Shown here piece after piece: positions 47,501 to 59,500 of a stretch of 64,000 nucleotides of DNA. Position 1 is the stretch's first letter, and every line of letters starts with the position of its first letter. The notes under the pieces were generated by a model. The model did not search any database and had not been told where the DNA came from. It saw only the letters and a program-made list of their open reading frames with translations. Source of the stretch: Malacoraja senta (taxonomy: Eukaryota); contig CM075998.1 in the NCBI GenBank assembly GCA_038087875.1, forward strand, positions 1,488,001 through 1,552,000, read 5' to 3'. Both the position numbers and the translations under genes were made by a program.

Positions 47501-50500
47501 TGCATCAATGTTGTTTTACGTGGTTTGCACACGCCCAAATTAAGCCTCCCCTGGCAGCTGTACTTTCAGCTGCTTTGGTCCTAAGCTCTGGAATTGCCCT
47601 CCCTAAACCAATTTGCCTTCTTTTTAACATGTTCCTTAAAACTTAACTGGGTAATGTGGTATATGGAACTGGTCTCATTAGCTCTTGCAAAATGCTGTAT
47701 GCCATTTTATTAAGTTAGAGGCTATGTAAATGCAAGGCAGCTGTGGCTACAGAAGTAGCTCACCACCACCGAGTGTGACTGAGGAGTGAATGAATAATGC
47801 GATGTAAAGCGCCTTGAGTATTAGAAAGGCGCTATATAAATCCAATCCATTATTATTATTATTATTATTAAGTTGTTCACCAGAAGTGAGAGAAATGGTT
47901 TCATTTCTACAGTGATGTACTCACAGTGAAATCCAAAATCCAAAGCTCAAAGGAGCCGTTGGAAACATTCAAACTTCCTGCAAGTGTGCAATACTTAAGG
48001 CAAAACCCAGATTGTTGCTAAGTTACAGTTAACACAAAAACTGCTTTTGTCACTTCTGGTAAGTTTATGGAAATTACCTGTATATCCAGCTCCTGTTGCT
48101 GTGGATTCTGAACAAAGAATGTAAAGGCATCCTCCCAGGCTGGGGCATTTGTGTTATATACAGTCTGTGGAAAGAGGCAAGAAAGTGAAATCTCAGAGTG
48201 GCAAAACATCGACTTTGCTTGTCTGTTGAAAAACTGGAAATGTAACAGGCATTGTGGGATGGTATTTGCTGGTACATACTGCAACATTCGACACCATCAG
48301 CTGCTTGCTGGGCAACATTGTGTTTCCAAGTCAGAGGGTTGTGGGCTCAAGTCCCACCACAGCGGAATACAGGATGCTGTTCCTGTGCAATACTGAGGGA
48401 AGGCTGCATTGTGGGTGGGTGCTGTATTACTGGCTGAACTGCTAAACTGAGGCCGTGTCTGTTCTCTCCAGTTGTCCCAAAAGACCGTGGTGTGCTACTT
48501 CGAAGAAGAGTCACGGTTCTATAAGTATTCCTCAAACAAAATCATCAAAACAGATTAACTATCCATTATTCATGGGATCCTGCTGTTTGACCACTATGTT
48601 TCTAACAGTAAATATCTAACCGGACGTTTTTGGCTCTGTAGCACTTTGGGATGTCTCAAGGATGTAAAAGGCTCTAACGAAATGAAAGCCTTTCTTTTTC
48701 ATGGATAAGATACATACTGGGGGAGTGTCTGCTGTGATGTGCATGTTAATGATAACACAATCTGAAAGGAATAGAAACTCTGGGTGGGTCTGGTAATCAA
48801 GAAATTGTGAATGGGTTGGCATATAGCACCCATTAGTATTTCTTGCCTGCTCCATTTGTCACAGAGCCATTGAAAATCCACAATATAGTAAGATATTCAG
48901 CTGATTGTGTTCATGCTAGTTGAAGAAAAGCTCCCAACCTAAATCTAGTTTACCATACTGGATCCATAGCCCTGCAGGTCACAGCTCTTCACGTACGGTT
49001 CAAACAGGGGAAGTGATTGCTCCTCTGATCCCCTTTCAGCCAGTGAGTTTGACTGCCCTCTGGCTGAGAAATAACAATCCTTCACCTCCCCTCTAATGCT
49101 TCCATCTTTGCCCTCTGTTTTTACACCCCTCTGCTACGAGATTCTGAAGTACACATTATTCATCATAATCAATAGACTCTGAAATGCCCTTCATACCCTG
49201 CTCTCGAAGGTTTTGTCCAATAGTGACGCCTGTACCAAAGGATTCGGTTCTTTCGTTCCTTGCTTTAGCTGTGGATTTAAAAAAAAAAAGAGTTCATGAG
49301 AAAAAGCAAGTGGTGGATGCCGAGTGACAAAAAGAAAATAAGTAGGGAAATAGAAACAAAGACATAGATGAATAGAAATACAGAGGGGTAGAAACCGGCC
49401 AGGAAGGGAACTAAAATTCCCTGGATCACTTTCCCAAATTTGACAGACCGATTCGTATCAGGCAATTTCAAATCACAGCCATTCACCTCACAACCACTGA
49501 ACGTACCGGGAGATCCTGTGCTTGGTCCACATAGACAACCATAATGGCAGCGGAGGGTTCCTCACTGTTCTGTGCACCAATGGAGTTATTTACACGAAGC
49601 GCCTAAAGAGAAAAGCACAATGCTCGTAAATTTTAATTTTGAAGGGGGAGAATCCCTTATTTTCCCCTCTCCCAATATATCTCATTGGCCATACATGTCA
49701 ATAAGTGTTACTGTAAAGTTACTGGTACACAAAAATGCTGGAGAAACTCAGCGGGTGCAGCAACATCTATGGAGCGAAGGAAATAGGCAACGTTTCGGGC
49801 CGAAACCCTTCTTCAGACTGATAGGGGCTGTAAAGTTACTGCATGACTAGCGAGATATATTGGGAGAGAATATCTCACTTCAAGAGCAATTTGTCTACTC
49901 ATATTTAAAGAAGCTAAGAATTCATTTCTTCATCAATTTGAACTAAAGGATAAACTGTATTCCAAATTACACACAGAGTCAGGTATCACTTGTTGATCAC
50001 TGCATTGTTCATCGGGCAAGGTGTGATTTCAAATGTGAAGCACTAGCATCTTCAAAGATCAGCTTTGGGATTACCTGCTCCAGTTTTGCTGGGTCAGCGT
50101 ACAAGGTCAGCCACTCCAGTTTCAGATGAACTTTTCCCCTCTCCACATCCTTCAGAGTGAACCACTACATAAGAACATAGTCAAGAGGATTACAGTCTGG
50201 CAGTGAGCATTCACAAAAAGAACACACACCTCCCATCCTCCCCCATTCAATCCGAGCGTGGCTGATCTGCTCCAGGCCTCATCTCTTCTGTGCCAGTTCT
50301 ACACAGCCTCCAATTCCCAGTTTTCGCATCTCCCTCCTCTTTAAATCCCTCCAGTGATCCGGCCCCTACAACCTTCCGGGGAAAATAATTCCGGTGATTC
50401 ACCTCCCTCCTTGAGAAATTCCCACCCACCTGAGTTTTAAATGTCCACCCCCTTGATCCTGTAACTATGTCCCTGATCTTGAGACAGCCCAAATAAAAAC

Positions 50501-53500
50501 TACTCAAATAAAGATCATATATTATTGGTGATAATTTTAAACTTCTCAGAAAAAGTTTGCCAAATATTTTACTTGCTAAAGATCTGGCAACATAACAATG
50601 CAAATTAGTTGTGTATGAGATGATGCCATAAATGAAATACCTGCAGCTCTCCTTCCTCCCCAACATAACAAGGGTAGAAATCATATTAGCATTAATAGGC
50701 AACAATTTCCTTCAACTTAAAGGAAGGTTTGATCTACTTAAAGGTTTTAAGCTTCTTTTGAGATAGTCAAGTGGAGAAAATGGTACAACTTGCTAAAGGT
50801 TTTTACACTACCACCAAAATTAACATTTTAGCTTTGACAATTTTTTTATGACAGCGTTTCCCCGACCCACTTTTATCCCCGTTTTGCAGTTATCTTTGAA
50901 TTTCTTCAAATCTTTACCTCATCCACAATTTGGTTCTTCAAAACTTCCCCAAGATCCAGCTGCATTCTGAAAGAAAAAATAAATACATATCACCAAACAT
51001 GATTATCTCAGTAGGAGTCATCTGGAAAGTGCTGGGATATATTTACTATTTTCAACAGTGACCAGAACAGCCCAACTGAGATACTGTAAGTGAAAACTTT
51101 CTTTATCATATTTCACTAAATATGATACAAAGTAATTGGCCTAAAATTTACTACAAGCCAAAGCAGTTCTGTGCAACAGGCCTCTGCCAGCTTCGTTTGT
51201 GAGCCCTGCCTGTGGTTTTCTATTGCACGTTTTATTCTGTCATGTGTGAATGAATATATCTTACCTGAAGTAATTTGAACATCCGAGAAGCTATCAGTCT
51301 TTTGTTAACGCAAAGCAGAGTACACACCTATGCGTGCGCACACACACACAAACTCAGAGTCTTATAAACAAAATGGATCCTGACATGTACTTGCATGCAG
51401 ATTACTACACGAGTTGTGTACGTGTACACAGCATCACACACCACACACCACACAAACACACACAGAGCTCTCACCTGCCCAGAAAGTCATCCTGATCTGG
51501 GTCTTTATCAAACATTTCAATTTCCAACAGCTGACCAGGAACTTCGTGGACAATCACCTGAGGTATGTGGAAAACAAGATACAGTGAAATAGTTTTGAGA
51601 TGAACCGTAATTTTCAACTGCTGACATCTAAATTCTCCATCTTCTGAAGCTCCATTTTATTCATTCAAAAGTAATTAGTTCCAAGCCTGCATTGTTCATC
51701 ACTCGTATCCTGCCTGGCAGATAACTTTCAAAAGGTAAGTTCCTACTGTTTGAAACAGCTTGAAAGTGTATGGACGCTTCTTCACATGGTATAGTTATAA
51801 CACTTTATTACAATTAGCAAATAGAGGAAATGCATTCATTCAAGTCCACAGCTGGACACATTTGACAGAACTGTCCCACCAGGCTGCTGGGAACTGCAGG
51901 CATTTACTTTTAAAGAGGGTGATGATTGGGTGACACAACAATGAGATTCACCCACCTCATACATTTCATTCCATTTGGGATTCAAGGTTTCATTGAGAGT
52001 CTTGCTCATGAATGCCTGTGTGCCCACTCGTACAATTGCATATGGATCAGATTTTCCTTTGATGATTCCTTTGACATATGTATCTTTTGACTCCAGACTT
52101 GCCCCTTCAATGAGGTGAATCCGTACTATTCCCTAAAAATAAAAACATAAATTCAAATCTCCCTTTCCAAAGGGCGGTATTATTGAATGTGACATGCGGA
52201 TTAACTGAATATACAGTAGGCTAGCTACCCGGAGCACCATTAGCCCTTGCACATGGTTGCTGCACTGTAAATTCCCAATTTCTAGACTTGTTCTCATCAG
52301 GCTGGGATTTAGACAATAGACAATAGGTGCAGGAGTAGGCCATTCGGCCCTTTGAGCCAGCACCGCCATTCAATATGATCAAGGCTGATCATCCCCCAAT
52401 CAGTACCCCGTTCCTACCTTCTCCCCATATCCCCCGACTCCGCTATCTTTAAGAGCCCTATCTAACTCTCTCTTGAAAGTATCCAGAGAACTGGCCTCCA
52501 CCGCCCTCTAAGGCAGAGAATTCCACAGACTCACAACTCTCTGTGAGAAAAAGTGTTTCCTCGTCTTCATTCTAAATGGCTTACCCCTTATTCTTAAACT
52601 GTGTGTGGCCCCTGGTTCTGGACTCCCCCAACATCGGGAACATGTTTCCTGCCTCTAGCGTGTCCAAACCCTTAACAATCTTATACGTTTCAATAAGATC
52701 CCCTCTCATCATTCTAAACTCCAGAGTGTACAAGCCCAGCCGCTCCATTCTTTCAGCATATGACAGTCCCGCCATCCCGGGAATTAACCTGGTGAACCTA
52801 CGCTGCACTCCCTCAATAGCAAGAATGTCCTTCCTCAAATTAAGGGACCAAAACTGCACACAATACTCCAGGTGTGGTCTCACTAGGGCTCTGTACAACT
52901 GCAGAAGGACCTCTTTGCTCCTATACTCGACTCCTCTTGTTATAAAGGCCAACATGCCATTCACTTTCTTCACTGCCTGCTGTACCTGCATGCTTACTTT
53001 CATAGACTGATGTACAAGGACCCCCAGATCCCGTTGTACTTCCCCTTTTCCCAACTTGACGCCATTTAGATAGTAATCTGCCTTCCCGTTTTTGCTACCA
53101 AAGTGGATAACCTCACATTTATCCGCATTAAACTTCATCTGCCATGCATCTGCCCACTCCCCCAACCTGTCCAAGTCACCCTGCATTCTCATAGCATCCT
53201 CCTCACAGTTCACACTGCCACCCAGCTTTGTGTCATCTGCAAATTTGCTAATGTTACTTTGAATCCCTTCATCCAAATCATTGATGTATATTGTAAATAG
53301 CTGCGGTCCCAGCACCGAGCCTTGCAGTACCCCACTAGTCACTGCCTGCCATTCTGAAAGGGACCCGTTAATCCCTACTCTTTGTTTCCTGTCTGCCAAC
53401 CAATTTTCTATCCATGTCATTACTCTACCACCAATACCATGTGCCCTAATTTTGCCCACTAATCTCCTATGTGGGACCTTATCAAATGCTTTCTGAAAGT

Positions 53501-56500
53501 CCAGGTACACTACATCCACTGACTCTCCCTTGTCCATTTTCCTAGTTACATCCTCAAAAAATTCCAGAAGATTAGTCAAGCATGATTTCCTCTTCATAAA
53601 TCCATGCTGACTCGGACCGATCTTGTTACTGCTATCCAAATGTTCGGCTATTTCATCTTTTATAATTGACTCCAGCATCTTCCCCACCACCGATGTCAGG
53701 CTAACTGGTCTATAATTCCCTGTTTTCTCTCTTCCGCCTTTCTTAAAAAGTGGGATAACATCAGCTACCCACTAATCCACAGGAACTGATCCTGAGTCTA
53801 TAGAACATTGGAAAATTATCACCAATGCATCCATGATTTCTAGAGCCACTTCCTTAAGTACCCTGGAATTTTGTAAAAACATATTGTGATACATACCCGA
53901 GGCAAAGGAGAACGGAGTTCAGCCACATGGAGTTCTGAAACAAGAGGGCAGGTAATCCGGTTTGGCAAAACCAGGAAAGAGGCAATGGTGTCCATAAGTA
54001 CGGTGTCAGACTTTGAACTGTTCCAAGTAAGAAAAAGAAGCAGAGCAAGGTCAGGTCAAGTCAAGTCAAGTTTATTCGTTACATACAAACGAGATGTGCA
54101 GTGAAATGACAAGTGGCAATGCTCGCGAATTGTGCAAAAACAAACAAACTACAAACAGGTGTGTAAAGGGAAGAGAGTGGGAGATAGGGAGAGATAAACA
54201 AAACATTCATCAGGGGCTTCAACTGCAGAAAATGCAACCCTAAAGGAGCACTGTTAGTTTTAATGCAAACTGATCTACAAAAAAAGTCAAATTTAACTAG
54301 AGGTGAGGACCATGAATATTAATTATGGTTCCACAAGTATTTCAGCTGCTTCCTGGTAGTTTTCAAACATGTTGCTTTCTGCATGGTGGCACAGTGCCAG
54401 AGACCTAAGTTTGATCCTGACCTCGGATCTTGACTGTGTGGAGTTTGCATTCTCCCTGTGACCACATTGGTTTCCCCCCCCGGGTGCTCCGGTTCCTCCT
54501 CAGATCCCAGGGACGTGCGGGTTGGTAGGTTAGTTGGCCCTCTGTAAATTACCATCTATATGTAGGCGAGTGATAGGAACATCACAGGGAATTGATGGGA
54601 ATGGCGGGAGAATACCTTACATATAAATAAATGGGGAATGGTGTTAATGGGATTGCTTCATTAACATAGATTCAATGGACCAAATGACCTCCCTCAATGT
54701 TATAAGGTGAGAAATATGACTTGCAAGATTCCCCAGGTGGGCCTCATGCTCACCTGTTTCAAAACAAATGTTACATTTCTCATGAAATCATCCGACTCCA
54801 AAACTTGCATACTTGTGAAAATGCATTATTAATTATATTTTTCAATATATTTGGGTTTTACTTTATTACTACTGTTCAATCTAAGAGTGAGAAGTTTCCA
54901 GAATTCAAGAATGTAACTTCATATTGTTCTTGGAAGAATCTTACAAATATTTTATCTTTATTTTTGATTGGGATCCTATGAACAATCATTACCTCAGCCC
55001 TGGAATATCCAGGAAGTTGGTGAGTCCTGTCCAGTTAATCTCCAGCACCTGAAAAGGGACAAAGTTTCAAAATATCAGTTGTAATTTAGTACATTAGAGA
55101 TAGGTGTCAATTCACAACTAAAACATTTGACATTCAGAGTCAGACTTGCAACTCTAAGACTAACATGCCATTCAAATTTATCTAGGCTCAAGAGCCGGAT
55201 GGTTGCAAAAATCATCTATAGTTTACTCAACCCCTTAATTTGTTCATGATATATGTATTTTTACTTCTATTTATTTTTTACTGCACATTGAAATGGACAC
55301 TGGTTGAGTAACGTTTTTTTGTTTCCTCTGGGTATGTGAATACTCAGGAAATGACAATAAAGATATACAATACAATACAATACAAAAGCAATACTATAAC
55401 ACTGAAGATTAGGCAATGTGAACTAAACTCCCATCTGTGGTCTGTTTCCAGTAGCTTTGAAGGCAGCTTCTCCTGATTTGTGTTTTATCCTTTGATTAAA
55501 TAATTAATAATAACATATCTCAGCTTGCCTACTGGTCATATTAGGTCTGGTTATTTTTGGGTCAATTTTCTCATCTGTACAAATGGCATGAGGAATTCCA
55601 ACTTGGCTGTTATACTTTAAATGAGAAGCGAGGCAGTGGGTGCCTGTTGGCTATTCAATCTTGGGAAATGTCACAGTTTGGCCTGATCCTGTTTTACTCG
55701 TTAGTCAAGTTAACAAGCAACATGGAGCTGGCACATTAAATATGACTCAACATTCCCTGTGGAGCCCAAGTTGCAGGGCTGTATTAATCCTAAATCAAGA
55801 TCTCACTGATCGGTCAGCCTCTGTAACACTGGCTGGTTTCTCCATCCACAACAACATGCTTACTGGGCGGCGGATGAAGAACAGGGTCACTGCTCCCACC
55901 AATGGCATGTCTCCAATTAAGGGCTCAAGGATCACACGGAGCATTCCATGGAGCTGCAAGAGAGGGTAAAAAAAAAAATCATCAACCCAGGGAGCAGACA
56001 ATAAATCAATAGCCCTGAGCCACCTCAGGAGAAATCCGTCAAACATGATGCAAGATTACTGGAAAAGCCTGCAGTTTGCTCCCCAAGCTTGCCTCTTATG
56101 GAATGGCTGAGTCAACCAGGTGATTAACATAGGATCACCTGCTGCAGTAAGATAAGGCTTTAATACTATGGTCAATCGTTGATTCTTCTACCAATACCAC
56201 ATTTCAATACTTATATGGGGATTTACGGCCAAAAACATTCAACTGTACCAGAGTCTCTGTTCCCCTCCTCATTCCCACTCTGGTACCTCAATCCCACGGC
56301 TTTTTGTTTCAGGTAGTTTGTTTCTTTGCCATCATTCCGACTCTAATGCTTATGTAAATGTGCGTTCTTATAAACAACCATTTTTCTCCAGCGGTTGAGA
56401 CCATACTGTCTCATTCACTGGCTGCTGCAAAACCAGATGATGCGTGTTATCTATGAGGGGGCTGGCTCCAAACTGGCTGCTAGCGCAAATGAGTTGATGC

Positions 56501-59500
56501 AATTAGGTGGCTGCAAATGCGAATTAGCTGCGCGTGGCAAACTGCGTACTTTGCTTTTTCCACAGTTTAATGGTTGCCGTCGGTATAATCAGCAGATGTT
56601 TTTAAATCATGAGGCACGTATAAGATGGGGATTTTGGCTCATTTTTCCACCCCCTAGGCTGGGCCGAGAGACTAGATAGTGTCATTATTGCTGCGCCAGT
56701 TGCATCAGTGAGCACAACAGTCCAAGGTATGATCCTAGAAGCTTCTGATTCAGACACAATGATGCATTTGTCCACTGTGTCATTGAGGGTGGCATTTTGA
56801 ACAGATTGTGTTTCTCCTTTCATTGTCTCTTGCAAAAAGGAACTGTAAAATAGGGGACACTGAGTTACAAGGGCCACTGAGCTCTGTTATTTCCCATCAA
56901 GTGACCTACCTGGATACCATTCACTCCAGCTTTGCAGAAATACTTCTTTACTTCAACATTGATTTCACAGTCACCAATGTAACTACAGAGGAAAGACAAC
57001 AGAGGAGACCCCATTTTAGATATTCTCAGAGTGTACAGTGTACTGGTAGACTGCTGTGTTTTTTTAATGGATTATTTCAAAACTAAGCACTAACCTGGAT
57101 TGTGAAGTGAAGATCATGTGCTTAGGAATTTGCCTATACTATACACTTATACAGTGGCTGATAAACCAAAGTTAAACCCACTAGCAGACTTTCTTTGGAC
57201 AATTGAAGGAAATTTTAGAAAAGTCAAACCCACCAAAGCTCTATTACAGAGCTGCATTAACAAAGATCAAAGCCGTTACCAATTGTCCGGTCATGTCATG
57301 ATGGTATCAGGATAGGCTGCGAAAAGGTCAAAAACTAAATTTCATGAGTAGGCATTTCCTTAAGTTCAGTCCATTTAAAAAACACTCCAAACTTGGTTGA
57401 ATAAAAATTTATTAAGTAACTTTTCCATGTTACTTTTGTGAGAGATCACATAAAATGACAAAATACACAATCAAATTGGGGGGGAAATCTGCAAAAGGGG
57501 AAAAGCATTTCAATAGCACCTTTTATATATATTTGGGATGCACTTAAATCTGTAGCTTAGAATGGATTTTCAAAACCAATATTTTGCCCTTGGCATTTTG
57601 AAAATACTTTGCTGTGATGTACAATAATTATTTTTCTGTGCACTCTTCATATTTCAAGTGACAAGTAGATCCAGTGGTAGAGGCACAGAGGGAAGTTGAG
57701 AGGACAGGACTTGATGTGCAGATAGGATATGGCAGACTGCTGCATGATTGCTGCAGACTGCCAATGATGCTCCATTAGAACAGACTGCTGCATGATAGGA
57801 TGAGCAAGGCATTATGAAGAAGCATCATCTGCAGTCTCATCTCTTTATAAAAATACCTACTGGGTATCTCAGATTACCCAAGTATTTGACCATTTGTCCA
57901 TTTCAATAAAAATAAAAAGCACTGGAAATACTCAGCAGCTTAGGCAGCATCTCAGAACACAGGCAGAATTAATAGTTACCGTATCAGGCCAATGATGCTC
58001 CATTAGAACAGACACTGCAATGTCTACAATCTTTGCACAATTCTGCGTTTTGCTTTCATCATTGTTGCATCTATCCATGCAGACAAGAAATGTTATTGCT
58101 CCCTGGTGTATACAACAAGCTAACCTGAATGCAAATCAAGAAAAGAGAAAACGCCCATGTTTAACTTGTAGAGAAGGGCGAAGAGACCTGTGCCAATGAC
58201 CGTGATAGGGTGATGGCCAAGGTTGTCCAAGTGACAAATGCCTCTGGAGCCGTGCAGTCAGTAGATGAATGAGATCAGGGAGAATAAAATACAAAAGGTG
58301 CAGGAGCTGTGGGAGGCTGAACCCAATAGCAGCTGCAAATCTGGAACAAGAGAATGCTGGAAATACCCAGCAGACCAGGCAGCATCCGTGGAGAGAGAAT
58401 GGCTGAGTTAATGGTACAGGTGGATGACGTTACATTAGAACATTGGCTGTGACTGTGTGGATTATCTCCGGGTGCTTCGGAGAAAATCCACTCCAAAGAC
58501 GTACAGGTTTGTAGGTTAATTGGCTTCTGTAAAGTGTCCCTAGTGCGTAGGGTGATCATTCGTCAGCGCAGACTCAATGGGTTGAAAAGCCTGTTTCTAC
58601 GCTGTATCTCTAAAGTCTAAATCAATCAAAAATGGCTATTATAAAGGGTTGCCCCTCAGAACATCACGCAGAGAAATGCTGTTGAACCTCCTACTAGAAA
58701 AATACTAGGAAGTTCAATAAAGCTACAGGTTAGTAAGAAAGTGCTCAGGAAAAGGAAGGCTTTGCGACCTCTCATAGTGGATGCAATTTGGCCTTGCGCA
58801 TGCTTTAAACTTAGTTCCTTTGCAAGATTTTGCGCCAGCCGCCACTGTGCCCACACAGCTCTTGTGTCAGCCTCAGTAAAGCTCTTGATGGATGTTATAA
58901 TATAACTGATGTCATTGCATTGTTTTGGACTGAATGGTCCTTTCACTGTTTAAAGTAGCAGTTGTTTCCTGTAAAACAATGTCAACAGGGTACTTGTGGC
59001 TAAAAAGGGGAACGGAATCTTATTTGGGTCACACCTGCCACCAGCACCTAGGAACAATAATGACTGCAACAATTATCCCTACCAGTGCCAAGAGATTATT
59101 TTCTGTGGCCGAGATCAACAACTTCAAGCATACTACAGTTTTAGTATTCTGCCTATTAATATTCCAATAGGCCACCTGGTGACCAGATATTCTCAAAGAG
59201 CATTGCTAGGCACAAAGTATAGATTACATGGAGGAAGTAGAATTTCAGGTTATGCAAGGAAAAGACCCAAAAAAACTGAACTGAAATCAATGCAAGTACA
59301 GTTTAAGACAGCCAATTATCATCTGCCCCTTTAAAAAATCTGGGCAACACAAACTAATTTGCCAATGTACTAATGACATTGGGCAAGTAAAGTAACCAGA
59401 TTATATGCAGATCACCTATCTAAAGCACAAATTCACATCACAGATTCATTGATTCCTGCATATGGAGTTAGATATGCAATAAATACAGTGGCTTGCAAAA

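Noticed and set aside
52576-53496. Plus-strand ORFs over CR1, and similar ones over Tc1 at 59994-60562
   Set aside because: Antisense shadows of the transposon ORFs.
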